Part shown: in pieces, positions 1 through 8,263 of the stretch
Numbering within the stretch: position 1 is the first letter of the stretch
How the letters are laid out: each line of letters begins with the position of its first letter
DNA from: Ignicoccus pacificus DSM 13166
GTDB taxonomy: Archaea; Thermoproteota; Thermoprotei_A; Sulfolobales; Ignicoccaceae
Length of the DNA stretch: 32,000 bases
Reading direction: 5' to 3'
Assembly: GCA_025340205.1 (NCBI GenBank)
Contig: CP006868.1
Location: 420,001 to 452,000 of the forward strand
The notes under the pieces: model-generated
What the model was told of the DNA's origin: nothing
Seen by the model: only the letters and a program-made list of their open reading frames with translations
Databases searched by the model: none
Translations under genes and position numbers: made by a program

Positions 1-882
1 ATACACGTAGGCATAGGTCGAGCTCCCGGAGCGGTGGACCTCCCAATAGCTAGAGACGCCTTCGGTTTGCCCTATATCCCCGCGAGCTCTATTAAGGGAA
101 CAATAAAGTCGGCTTGTATTAGAACGTTCAATTGTAGTAGGGAAAACGCTAAGGAGTGTCCATGTCTCCAAATATATGGAAGAGATCCAAGGCTTGAGGA
201 TGAGGTCAGCAGCGAGAACTCTTATCTGAGCCCGGTGAACTTCACAGATGCGTTCCTCTTGCTATTTCCCGTAAGGGTAGACTCACCTAAGGAGGGTCTT
301 AGGTATGGCTATGTAACCTCCATGTTCAGCTTGAACAAGTTCGCTACACAAATACTCCCATTCTTAAGCAAGGAAGGAAAAGAATGGAATTTGAAGTGCT
401 GGGTCGAGGATTCAGAGTTCAGCGGCTATCTCAACGACGTTTACATAGGCGAGGTTCGGGGCACTCTCCGCCTCTCAGAGGTACCTTATATCAATGCTAT
501 CCTTGAACGCCTAGATGTTCCTATTGTCAAGTACTTACTTCAAAGGGGAGACATCTACGTTCTGAAGGATAACGATTTCAAGGAGGTGGTGGAAGCCGGA
601 ATCGTTAGACAGACAAGAGTAAGGCTTGACTTCGTTAGGAAGACCGTACAGAGGGGAGCCTTGTGGACCGAGGAGTACCTTCCGGAAGGAGCTGTCTTTA
701 GCTTCCTAACTGTGACAAAGACCGTCCTAGCAAGGAACGTAATCGTTGAAGCATCAAGGGCTATGAACGATCATGAAGAGGTTCTTAGGGAGAACTTATT
801 TACATTCGAGATAGGTGGAAAGGAAACCATAGGTAAGGGGATGGTGAGGGTAGTTGAGGGGCCTAGAGTCTGTTGCCTATGA
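1..882 (+). CDS. cmr4: Type III-B CRISPR effector backbone subunit Cmr4 (Cas7-family RAMP); 5' end cut by window edge
   Basis: The frame is open from nt 1: IHVGIGRAPGAVDLPIARDAFGLPYIPASSIKGTIKSA. This carries the HxGxG motif, the conserved Asp and the P-IP-SS-KG RAMP signature. The C-terminal glycine-rich loop is GGKETIGKGMVRV. It is followed by cmr5-cmr1-cmr6, the order known from Sulfolobus Cmr loci. Confidence 0.8.
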   Translation: MHVGIGRAPGAVDLPIARDAFGLPYIPASSIKGTIKSACIRTFNCSRENAKECPCLQIYGRDPRLEDEVSSENSYLSPVNFTDAFLLLFPVRVDSPKEGLRYGYVTSMFSLNKFATQILPFLSKEGKEWNLKCWVEDSEFSGYLNDVYIGEVRGTLRLSEVPYINAILERLDVPIVKYLLQRGDIYVLKDNDFKEVVEAGIVRQTRVRLDFVRKTVQRGALWTEEYLPEGAVFSFLTVTKTVLARNVIVEASRAMNDHEEVLRENLFTFEIGGKETIGKGMVRVVEGPRVCCL

Positions 883-1456
883 CATGAGCGTTGCAGCTTG
901 CAAGATGTTGGGTGCCCTTGCCAGCTCTTGTGATACCAGAAACGTGAAGGACTATCCAGACAGCTTGTACAGCAGGGCCAGAAGCGCTCCCCAGCTCATG
1001 GCCACTTGGGGGCCGGCCCACTTCTTGATCTTCTATGCATCTAAGAGCTTGGATGATATCGACTCGAGAAGGGCAGAATTCCTTTGGAGAGCATGGAAAA
1101 GTGTAATGATGGGAAGGGATAGGGAGGAAGTGAAGGGATTTGTAGCGTGTGAGATAGTTAGTAAGATTAGCGACACCTCGATGGGCTACCTCCTCTATAC
1201 GTTAGCGCTCTCAGAGGCTATAGTTAGGCTGATGGAAAGGGAACAGAACTTCGGAAGACTAGATGAGCTATTCGATTTCGTAATAAGGCTTTACGTTAAG
1301 CCGGAGGAAGGGAAGGAGCTGGGAGCTCCCAGCGTCGGAACGCTGAACCTCTTAGTCCAGACGCTCAGCAGACTAATTGAAACTAAGGTCCTACCAATAG
1401 TAAATACAAGAGGTACAGATGCCAAGATAGAATACATGATTCAAAACTGCTGGTGA
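854..1456 (+). CDS. cmr5: Probable Cmr5 (Cas11-like small subunit) of the type III-B complex
   Basis: It sits between cmr4 and cmr1 and looks all-helical. The segment SAPQLMATWGPAHFLIFYASKS resembles the Cmr5 core motif (LP..I..nGL...laFl..K). The start is uncertain: TTG 854 (preceded by GGTGAGGG) or ATG 884. Confidence 0.55.
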   Translation: MRGLESVAYDMSVAACKMLGALASSCDTRNVKDYPDSLYSRARSAPQLMATWGPAHFLIFYASKSLDDIDSRRAEFLWRAWKSVMMGRDREEVKGFVACEIVSKISDTSMGYLLYTLALSEAIVRLMEREQNFGRLDELFDFVIRLYVKPEEGKELGAPSVGTLNLLVQTLSRLIETKVLPIVNTRGTDAKIEYMIQNCW

Positions 1457-1460
1457 GAAC

Positions 1461-2888
1461 ATGCAAGAAATCCTAGCAGATGTTGAGAACCTCTATGAAA
1501 CTGAAATGAAGAAAGAGGATATAGTAAACGTTGAAATGGAGAACTTAACTCCAGCGTTAGTGGGAGGGTGGACTGGCCATTCCATAATCGATCCAGAAAG
1601 GTGCTTAGCGGAGGGAGTCAGGCCTACCGACATAGCTGGTAAGCTGAGGTGGTGGCTGAGGGCTGCTATAGCTGGAGCGATATACGAGAAGATGTTAAGA
1701 GAAAAGTGTGGAGACGATCTAGATTGTGTAGGTAGAGAGCTTCCTACTTTGAGGAAGATAAATGAGATAGCTGGAGAGATACTGATGGGATACGTTATAG
1801 GAAGCAGAGCCCTCGCATCTAAGATATCGATAATCGTTGAGGGAAATGATGAAAGGCCTAGAGTTGAGTGTAGAAATCCGAAGGTTAGGAGAAAGACAAG
1901 GAATTGTGAGAGCTATGATAGGGATTACTACAGAGGCGAGTGTGATGAGTTGGCAAAAGAATCACCACGAGTTGCCTTGAGAATTAGCGGATGTGAAAAG
2001 AAAGGTATTGATGAGTGTACTGGAAATGTACCCTATCCTCCTGGTTTCTATAAGTTCAAGCTCAGAATAGTGGAAAGGTCAGGAGCTAAGTTAAGTTTCG
2101 AAGAGAAGGAGCTAATCAAGAGGTTGTTGGTACTTGCCTCAAGTACAGGGTTGATTGGAAGTATGGTCACTAGAGGATATGGTATAGCAACGTTCTCTCA
2201 TGCTATCTTCCCTTTGTTATCCCAATCTTGCTTAGTTGCACTGATAGTTGAGATGAACGATATATTAAAAGGTACTTCATGCTATTATGTTCTCGAGAAT
2301 GATGAAGACCATTCCAAGGAACTTAAAAAGATCGTATTCATCCTACATCCCAATTTAATCATTTTAGAGAATAAGAGATACATCCTCAAGTATAGCGTCT
2401 CAGATATGTATGATCTTGTTAAATGTTTGTCAGTCCTAACTAGACTTCGGAGCAAAGATAGAATATTTAATATTTCAAGGCTTTTTGACTTTATAACTCA
2501 AATAAAAAGCGGTCGAGGTAGAAATCTCTTCCCCTTTGACATCTTAGGGGGACCGAGGGTTAAAGGCGGAGACGAACGTATAGTAAGCAGTCTGCGCGTA
2601 GTGGTATCCAAAAAAGATAAAGAGGCAATCTTCTACAAAATTGGATTGGTGCCTTCTTCAATAGCTTTAATGGGAGCTGAGAAGGGTGGTATTCTCGAAA
2701 GTATAAGTATACAGTTCGGATTTTATTATTGTGCTAAAAGAGATAAAACATGCAATGATTTGCAATGTTGTGATGAAATCTTTGTCAAAGACGTTAGAAA
2801 TTTTATATTCGATGAAATTGGGCTAACAAAGTTGCTAGAGAAGTTTGTTAATACAAAACTAAACCTTGGTGATAATCATGATCCCTAA
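1461..2888 (+). CDS. cmr1: Cmr1-like RAMP subunit (two RAMP domains) of the type III-B complex
   Basis: The N-terminal signature is NLTPALVGGW...RPTDIAGKLRWWLRA (TP-l-gG ... iRG-lRwW-Ra type). The glycine loop is MVTRGYGIATF. The second domain has ILGGPR...RIVSSLRVVV. GGTGAG lies 4 nt upstream of the ATG. Confidence 0.65.
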   Translation: MQEILADVENLYETEMKKEDIVNVEMENLTPALVGGWTGHSIIDPERCLAEGVRPTDIAGKLRWWLRAAIAGAIYEKMLREKCGDDLDCVGRELPTLRKINEIAGEILMGYVIGSRALASKISIIVEGNDERPRVECRNPKVRRKTRNCESYDRDYYRGECDELAKESPRVALRISGCEKKGIDECTGNVPYPPGFYKFKLRIVERSGAKLSFEEKELIKRLLVLASSTGLIGSMVTRGYGIATFSHAIFPLLSQSCLVALIVEMNDILKGTSCYYVLENDEDHSKELKKIVFILHPNLIILENKRYILKYSVSDMYDLVKCLSVLTRLRSKDRIFNISRLFDFITQIKSGRGRNLFPFDILGGPRVKGGDERIVSSLRVVVSKKDKEAIFYKIGLVPSSIALMGAEKGGILESISIQFGFYYCAKRDKTCNDLQCCDEIFVKDVRNFIFDEIGLTKLLEKFVNTKLNLGDNHDP

Positions 2889-3771
2889 AGACCTCCTCTA
2901 CGATTACTGGAAAAGTATAATGACAAAAGACGGCAGAAAAGATACCATAAAGAGGGAGATAATCCACACCTACCTAGACCTCATCAACTTCAACGCGAGG
3001 GAAGTAGCCCCGGTGATCGCCGAACACACGGAAAGGATCGTAGAAACGCTTTCCAACAGGAACTCAATCACCGTCATAGACACCGTAGCCAAGGCGGTCT
3101 ACAGAGTGAGACACGGCACGAGCAATTACTTGCTCCCCTTGGAGTGGGGCCTCACCTTGCACCCCATCTACAAGGTCCCCTACATCCCCGGCTCCGCGGT
3201 GAAGGGAGTCCTCAGAGCCGCCTTCATCTCCTTGCTCTTTGAGAAGTACTTCAACGAGCCTCCAGAGGAAGAGGAGCTTAGGGAGTTCTTGAAGGAAGCC
3301 AACAAGGTCGCCTCACACCTCTTCGGGAGCACGAACGACGAACCTCCCTTTACTGGCAAGTCCTTGATCACCGCCTACGACTCCTACCCCATAGAGCCCG
3401 GAATAGCCGGCCTCTACGTAATAGGCGACGTGCTAACGCCTCACTACCCTACTACAAGGGAGCTCAAGGACGAGCTAGATGCCGAGCCGAGGCCCATCAT
3501 AGGGCTAAGCGTAGCGGAGGGAACGAGGTTCCGATTTGTAATTACAATCGATAAGTCGAGGAGAGATGCGATAGAGAATGCGAAGGAAGGGGTCAAGGAG
3601 CTGCTACATCTAAACGACAACAGCCCGCTTCTGATAAACCTGAACGTGAATAGGATACACATCTTCGTGGGCGCTCTACTGATGAAGGCATTCAGGGAGG
3701 TGGGAGTGGGAGGGAAGACCACGAGGGGCTACGGCTACTTCTCCATAGTCTCGATGAGAGCTAGTGGGTAG
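2878..3771 (+). CDS. cmr6: Cmr6 RAMP subunit of the type III-B complex
   Basis: YKVPYIPGSAVKGVLRAAF is a RAMP motif, and the C-terminal G-rich loop is GGKTTRGYGYFSIV. ATG 2878 is preceded by GGTGAT and overlaps the cmr1 stop by 11 nt. The ORF track starts at TTG 2866. Confidence 0.75.
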   Translation: MIPKDLLYDYWKSIMTKDGRKDTIKREIIHTYLDLINFNAREVAPVIAEHTERIVETLSNRNSITVIDTVAKAVYRVRHGTSNYLLPLEWGLTLHPIYKVPYIPGSAVKGVLRAAFISLLFEKYFNEPPEEEELREFLKEANKVASHLFGSTNDEPPFTGKSLITAYDSYPIEPGIAGLYVIGDVLTPHYPTTRELKDELDAEPRPIIGLSVAEGTRFRFVITIDKSRRDAIENAKEGVKELLHLNDNSPLLINLNVNRIHIFVGALLMKAFREVGVGGKTTRGYGYFSIVSMRASG

Positions 3772-4027
3772 CGGAGGCCTTGACCCCTTCTGCTTTAGGA
3801 GGGGTCAGCTTCACCACCTCTTCTACCCCAAACACCTCCTTTATCACGTCTTCCATGCCTTCTGGAAACACAACGTATGCCTTGTTCCCCTTCAATCCTA
3901 TTCCGTATACCTTCTTCCCTTCAATTTCCATTTCCGGTATCAGTACGTCGGGATCTATCTTCTTGATAATCCAAAGGGCTAACGCGGCCTTCCCTATCTC
4001 CTCGTTAATTTTCTCTAAAAGCTCCAC
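3761..4027 (-). CDS. Small uncharacterised protein, paralog of 4486..4713 (candidate antitoxin/partner of the PIN protein)
   Basis: This 88-aa protein shares the core GKKVYGIGLKGNKAYVVFPEGMEDVIKEVF with the 75-aa protein upstream of the PIN gene. Its GTG start lies 23 nt inside the PIN 3' end. Its stop overlaps the convergent cmr6 end by 11 nt. Confidence 0.6.
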   Translation of the reverse strand: MELLEKINEEIGKAALALWIIKKIDPDVLIPEMEIEGKKVYGIGLKGNKAYVVFPEGMEDVIKEVFGVEEVVKLTPPKAEGVKASATH

Positions 4028-4505
4028 AGTACGTACCCAAGAATTCCCCTACTTTCAGCACTTTTACGTTGCAAGTCTCCAGCTCTTGCTTCACCTCTTC
4101 GAAATCCTTATCGTTGCTCAAGATTATCGAGGGTGTGGAGTATAGTGCTAACATCAACACGTGTAAATCCTTGGGATCTCTTGAGGCCATACGTTCCAAA
4201 GCACCTTCACAAAGGTGATCCACGCTTACGTCGCTCAAGTCAACGATTTCCATTCTTTTTAAGCTATCTATCCAAAAGGTGAGCAAGTTGTCAAGTACCT
4301 CGTCGAGCGATACTTTACCTTTTCTTAATCTCCTTAGCAACAATTTGGCTATGTTCTCTTTATGCTCCTCTATCTCGCTTACTATTTCATAGCTTAACGT
4401 TAACGTCCAGGAGCGCGAGGAGATGCATTCCTTCAATTTGTTGTATAACTTCGGATTCGATAGCAACATAAAAATAACGTTTGTATCAAGTATTACTCTC
4501 AACAA
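4005..4505 (-). CDS. PIN-domain ribonuclease (VapC-like toxin)
   Basis: The N-terminus is MLRVILDTNVIF (PIN Asp-1 motif). Later acidic positions are SEIEEH, DPKDLHVL and SNDKDF. The 166-aa size and overlap with an upstream small gene are typical of toxin-antitoxin organisation. Confidence 0.7.
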   Translation of the reverse strand: MLRVILDTNVIFMLLSNPKLYNKLKECISSRSWTLTLSYEIVSEIEEHKENIAKLLLRRLRKGKVSLDEVLDNLLTFWIDSLKRMEIVDLSDVSVDHLCEGALERMASRDPKDLHVLMLALYSTPSIILSNDKDFEEVKQELETCNVKVLKVGEFLGTYCGAFREN

Positions 4506-4713
4506 CTACTACCTCCTTTTTGAAGATTTTCTTTATCTCATCTTCCATGCCTTCTGGAAACACCACGTAGACTTTCCCATCCTTTAGGCCCACTCCGTAT
4601 ACCTTCTTCCCTTTAATTATAATTCTAGGAATGACCACATTTGCTCCCAATCTCTTGAGTACGTCTTTAGCGATCAGCGCCTTATCCACTGTCTCCCCAA
4701 GGTCCCTTTGCAA
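4486..4713 (-). CDS. Small uncharacterised protein, paralog of 3761..4027 (candidate antitoxin of the PIN protein)
   Basis: This 75-aa ORF overlaps the PIN start by 20 nt. The core GKKVYGVGLKDGKVYVVFPEGMEDEIKKIF is shared with the downstream paralog. It matches none of the AbrB, RHH or DUF104 antitoxin signatures I can recall. Confidence 0.6.
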   Translation of the reverse strand: MQRDLGETVDKALIAKDVLKRLGANVVIPRIIIKGKKVYGVGLKDGKVYVVFPEGMEDEIKKIFKKEVVVVESNT

Positions 4714-4791
4714 AACCTAGATATTTGAAGGACATTCCCGCCGTGAAGTCCTTATTTCCCTTCTTCTTCCCACCTTATTGGGACTCACGCT

Positions 4792-5553
4792 TTGTTGAAA
4801 AAGAGAATAATTCCTTGTCTTGACGTGAAGGACGGAAGGGTGGTAAAGGGGGTTCACTTCGAGAACTTGAGGGACGCCGGAGATCCGGTTGAGCTGGCAG
4901 CTAGGTACGAGGAGGAGGGGGCGGACGAGATAGTGTTCCTGGACATCTCCGCGACCCCCGAAGGGAGGGAGACCATGGTAAACGTCGTGAGGGAGACCGC
5001 CTCCGTCCTCAGCGTTCCCTTGACCGTCGGAGGAGGAGTTAGGACCTTGGAGCACTTCGCGAAGCTCCTCTCCTCCGGAGCTGATAAAGTCAGTATAAAC
5101 ACGGCAGCTGTCAAGAATCCCAACCTGATAACGGTCGCCGCCTCCGAGTTCGGATCCCAAGCGGTAGTGGTCGCAATAGACGCCAAGAGGGTGAAGGACA
5201 AGTGGGAGGTCTACGTGAGCGCCGGAAAGGTTCCCACTGGCCTCGACGCCGTGGAGTGGGCGAAGAAGGTGGAGGAGCTGGGGGCCGGGGAGATCTTGCT
5301 TACCTCTATCGACTACGACGGAACTCAAAGGGGATATGATCTGGAGCTTACGAGGGCAATAAGCGAGGCCGTCTCGATCCCCGTCATAGCTTCCGGAGGA
5401 GCTGGAAATCCCCAGCACATCTACGAGGCCTTTGCAGTAGGAAAGGCCGACGCCGCCCTAGCAGCCTCCATATTCCATTATAGGAAGTACTCGATAATGG
5501 AGGTGAAGAGGTACCTAGCGGAAAGGGGAATTCCGGTTAGGCTTGACGTGTGA
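4792..5553 (+). CDS. hisF: Imidazole glycerol phosphate synthase cyclase subunit HisF
   Basis: [49 protein letters not shown] and VVVAIDAKR...SGGAG are the canonical HisF TIM-barrel motifs. The start is TTG. Confidence 0.93.
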   Translation: MLKKRIIPCLDVKDGRVVKGVHFENLRDAGDPVELAARYEEEGADEIVFLDISATPEGRETMVNVVRETASVLSVPLTVGGGVRTLEHFAKLLSSGADKVSINTAAVKNPNLITVAASEFGSQAVVVAIDAKRVKDKWEVYVSAGKVPTGLDAVEWAKKVEELGAGEILLTSIDYDGTQRGYDLELTRAISEAVSIPVIASGGAGNPQHIYEAFAVGKADAALAASIFHYRKYSIMEVKRYLAERGIPVRLDV

Positions 5554-5977
5554 GCTCCCTTATCTTCTCCACCAGATCTCTGCATGGAGGCTCGCACTCC
5601 ACGACGGTTATCTTATCAAAGCCTTCTGGCCAGAACACTTGGAGACCGTCGACGAGGGCTTCAACGTCCAAGTACCCGGTGAGAGTAGCTGTAGCCAGCT
5701 TAGCTAACTGATAATTGTCCTTAACCTCCTTCTTCTTAGGCTTGTACACGTAGGTCCCCGGCTTCCTCCCCTCCCTCCTCTTCACGGCCACAATGATGAG
5801 CTCCTCCCCTCCTTTCTCTTTAATTAAATCGACGACGGTAGGAGCATCGGCTGTAGCGTCTATCACCTCTATTCCCTGAGCCTTGAGCTCTTCGCCGAAA
5901 GGACCCTCGAAGAGATCCAAAAGGGAATAGGATGCCTCGTCCGAGGAGCTTGCAATAAAACCGATTACCTTCTTCAT
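5537..5977 (-). CDS. Hypothetical protein (weak resemblance to the hydrogenase-maturation-protease fold, without the catalytic Asp pattern)
   Basis: This 146-aa ORF has normal codon usage and shares an ATGA overlap with the upstream 71-aa ORF. The pattern VID..t....liiv.A.....PG recalls HybD/HycI, but the metal-binding Asp residues are not evident. Confidence 0.45.
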   Translation of the reverse strand: MKKVIGFIASSSDEASYSLLDLFEGPFGEELKAQGIEVIDATADAPTVVDLIKEKGGEELIIVAVKRREGRKPGTYVYKPKKKEVKDNYQLAKLATATLTGYLDVEALVDGLQVFWPEGFDKITVVECEPPCRDLVEKIRELTRQA

Positions 5978-6189
5978 TTCTTGCTCTCCAGGAGCTTCTT
6001 CAAGAGGGCGTTCAAATCGCTTGCCTCCTCCTTAGGAACGCCCAGAGCCGAGGCTATGTCTAAAAGCTTGCTTTCGTATTGCTTAGCGTCCTTGAAGGTG
6101 TAGAGTTCTAACAAGCTCTCAAAGGGATTTACCAAGTCCTTTATGACGTCCTCAAGCTCCTTGCTTACCAAGGATAGGAGAAACTTCAT
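5974..6189 (-). CDS. Hypothetical small helical protein
   Basis: This 71-aa ORF is translationally coupled (4-nt overlap) to 5537..5977. I recognise no motif. Confidence 0.4.
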   Translation of the reverse strand: MKFLLSLVSKELEDVIKDLVNPFESLLELYTFKDAKQYESKLLDIASALGVPKEEASDLNALLKKLLESKK

Positions 6190-6239
6190 CCGGAGCCCTC
6201 TATTAGCTCCTAACTCCTCTCATAAAAACCTTCTGGACG

Positions 6240-6473
6240 TTAACCGGTGAAGTAGGGGCTGTACCTTATGAGCTCGCTTACCTTCTGGTTCAGAGCTTGT
6301 AGCTGTTGCGCCATCTGGCTCATGTCCTCGGTCAGCTTGCTCACGCTGTGGGTGACGCTCTCCAACCTGGCATTCATGCTAAAGCTAACGACTATTAGTA
6401 GCACGAAAGTGACTAGGGCTATTCCGAGGGCTATTAGGCTCACGTCGACCGTACCTAACCTAATCCTTCTCAC
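6240..6473 (-). CDS. Hypothetical membrane-anchored coiled-coil protein
   Basis: This 77-aa protein has an N-terminal hydrophobic helix (VSLIALGIALVTFVLLIVVSF) followed by a heptad-like helical tail. Confidence 0.45.
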   Translation of the reverse strand: MRRIRLGTVDVSLIALGIALVTFVLLIVVSFSMNARLESVTHSVSKLTEDMSQMAQQLQALNQKVSELIRYSPYFTG

Positions 6474-6509
6474 GCCAATCCCCGTTTCTGGGGATAGTGG
6501 CGGGGAAGA

Positions 6510-7097
6510 CTAATAAAGGGGTGAGGGAGGGGAAGCAATTACCTTCCTCGCCTTGACCATCATATCGAAGACTGGGTCGTCCGAGGAGTAAATATCATAC
6601 TTAACTACGCTTTTACCTAGAATGACCAAGGAAGCACTCGTACTAGGCCATAGGTTCCCTCCTTTACTTTCAGCTTCCAGAGCAGCTAGGAAGACCGCCT
6701 TGAGGGGATCCTCCTCTTGGACCGAGCAGAGGGCCTTGAGCGTTCCCCTCTTGAGGCCGTTTCCGGCGCAGAACAAGTTCCCTCTCTTGACATGCCCCTT
6801 TTCGGGAGCTGTTCCGAAGCCGGTGAAGGCTCCCCAGTCCCCATCTATCGAAACAGCCAAGGCTTGCCTGTACCCAGCCTTCGGATCGCTCAGCATGACC
6901 TCTTGAACGGCCTTCTCGAATCCTAACCTCTTAGCCGTGGATAGAATTTGGAATGCCAGCTTGCGGGAAGATAAAGCTTGCACCACCGCTATGCCATCAG
7001 CGGTGAAGGCTACTGCCCTGTTCCCCACCCCAGGTCTGGGAGATACGGTGAGACTCACTAGGTATCCCTTTCCCCTCGCTATTACCGTGTAGGTTAT
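6510..7097 (-). CDS. DUF1028-family (Ntn-hydrolase-like) protein; start probably upstream of the ORF-track GTG
   Basis: RQALAVSIDGDWGAFTGFGTAPEKGH..GNLFCAGNGL matches the DUF1028 core (rQ.gvvD..G..aafTG......GH......aaqGNiL). The in-frame upstream sequence (I)TYTVIARGKGYLV matches the family N-terminus MTFSIVAR. See the finding on the start codon. Confidence 0.6.
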   Translation of the reverse strand: MTYTVIARGKGYLVSLTVSPRPGVGNRAVAFTADGIAVVQALSSRKLAFQILSTAKRLGFEKAVQEVMLSDPKAGYRQALAVSIDGDWGAFTGFGTAPEKGHVKRGNLFCAGNGLKRGTLKALCSVQEEDPLKAVFLAALEAESKGGNLWPSTSASLVILGKSVVKYDIYSSDDPVFDMMVKARKVIASPPSPLY

Positions 7098-7206
7098 CCT
7101 CCCTCACCCCGATAGGTAATAGGATGGAAGGGAATGAGTAGTTAGCATGCCTATTAAGACCGGGGTCACCCGGGGAGATGACCCGGGTATTCTAGAGGTA
7201 AGAAAG

Positions 7207-7740
7207 TTAGTTGGGAGCTTGTGCCTTGAGGGCCTTCTTCCTCTTGATCTGCTCCCTCAGCTTGTTCTCGATCTCTAGAGCGGTCTTCTTGATCAAGTCT
7301 TGGTGCTTCACGGCTATGTGGGGCTCCGCGTGGTTGGTGTGGATGGGAGCCTTGCAGATCTTGCAGTAGCCGTCCTCCACTATGGGCTCTATCTCCATGA
7401 TCAGCGGCCAAGCTAGCTTCATGAGCTTGACCACCAGCGGGGCCCTGGCCTTGCTCACCAGCTGGTAAGCGGCGCTCTTGAGCTGCGCCTTCTGGACCCC
7501 GTGCTTGAGGGAGGCCTGGCTGGGGGACTCGTTGTTTACCAAGTAATCATACAGAGCGTTGAGTACGTCCTTGCGCCCAGCCAGGGCCTTAAGGGCCAAG
7601 TACTCGAGAACTGCCCGGCGCTCCTCCGCGAGCCTCTTCTTGCGCTCATCTGCGAGTTGCAAGCGATACACCCGTGATTCTACTGTAGTCGTAGCCTTAA
7701 AAATTGATATGAAGCGTTTGAAGGCGTGATCATCGAACAC
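7207..7740 (-). CDS. Hypothetical protein with Cys2-His cluster (CKICKAPIHTNHAEPHIAVKH), possible zinc finger
   Basis: This 177-aa ORF overlaps the upstream gene by 11 nt. It is helical and basic with a C-x2-C...H-x2-H-x3-H-x4-H cluster. Local GC is higher than in the neighbours. The exact start is uncertain. Confidence 0.45.
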   Translation of the reverse strand: MFDDHAFKRFISIFKATTTVESRVYRLQLADERKKRLAEERRAVLEYLALKALAGRKDVLNALYDYLVNNESPSQASLKHGVQKAQLKSAAYQLVSKARAPLVVKLMKLAWPLIMEIEPIVEDGYCKICKAPIHTNHAEPHIAVKHQDLIKKTALEIENKLREQIKRKKALKAQAPN

Positions 7741-8263
7741 AGTTCGCCGAAAGTAAGACTAAAGTCCTTTTCGAGGGGTCAAAGGTGGGCTTCCATGCAC
7801 ATCCGGGCCTTACCCTTCGCATCCCTCGGCAAACCTCACGAATTGTGTTAACTGTGTCAAAGTGCGCCTTCACACCAGGTTCCCAAACCGCAAGTGGAAT
7901 TATTGCTCTATACTTTCGCTGACCGATTAGTCCGCAAGCCTCCTTGGCGTCCAAATACCACAGTCCTCCCATGGGTATCATTAAGACGTCTCCCTCCGGT
8001 AGTTCCGTTCTCTTGCTCAGACCTCCCGTGTGTACCAAGGTCATTCCTCCAACTTCTATTATATGAACCTTTATGGGACCTCTAGGACCCGGCGCCCTAA
8101 CGCTTTTCCACTTGAAAGGACCGTACTCCCCCTCGTCCTCACTCACACCTCCTATCGGTGGAGAACCGCTGTAGAGGGACCTACCCACCCCGCTGTCAAT
8201 TGAAAGAGTGAATCCATCGTATTTAAGGATAACTCCGAGTATGCCCTTTCTCTTAATAATCAA
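7730..8263 (-). CDS. Hypothetical protein, possibly a degenerate metallo-beta-lactamase-fold (UPF0173-like) protein
   Basis: The pattern GFTLSIDSG ... MTLVHTGGL ... GDVLMIPMGGLWYLDAKEA...AIIPLA resembles MBL-fold UPF0173 proteins, but the HxHxDH motif is absent. It overlaps the CBS gene by 4 nt. Confidence 0.4.
   Translation of the reverse strand: MIIKRKGILGVILKYDGFTLSIDSGVGRSLYSGSPPIGGVSEDEGEYGPFKWKSVRAPGPRGPIKVHIIEVGGMTLVHTGGLSKRTELPEGDVLMIPMGGLWYLDAKEACGLIGQRKYRAIIPLAVWEPGVKAHFDTVNTIREVCRGMRRVRPGCAWKPTFDPSKRTLVLLSANCVR

Noticed and set aside
3180-4145. Short ORFs 3180..3371(-), 3444..3722(-), 3764..3982(+) and 3780..4145(+)
   Set aside because: They are antisense to cmr6 or to the small-gene/PIN cassette. 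They are Ser/Phe/Leu-rich and low-complexity, and the opposite-strand genes carry recognisable motifs and a paralog.
4717-5418. 233-aa and 115-aa minus-strand ORFs opposite hisF
   Set aside because: They are antisense shadows of a clearly identified hisF. They are low-complexity, Gly/Ser/Leu/Pro-rich, and carry no motifs.
7141-7200. GC-rich CCCGGG-type palindromes (CCGGG-GTCA-CCCGG and others) considered as a tRNA or sRNA fragment
   Set aside because: No tRNA features are present (no T-loop GTTCRANYC and no acceptor pairing). It is short and may simply be a gene-end hairpin between 6510..7097 and 7207..7740.
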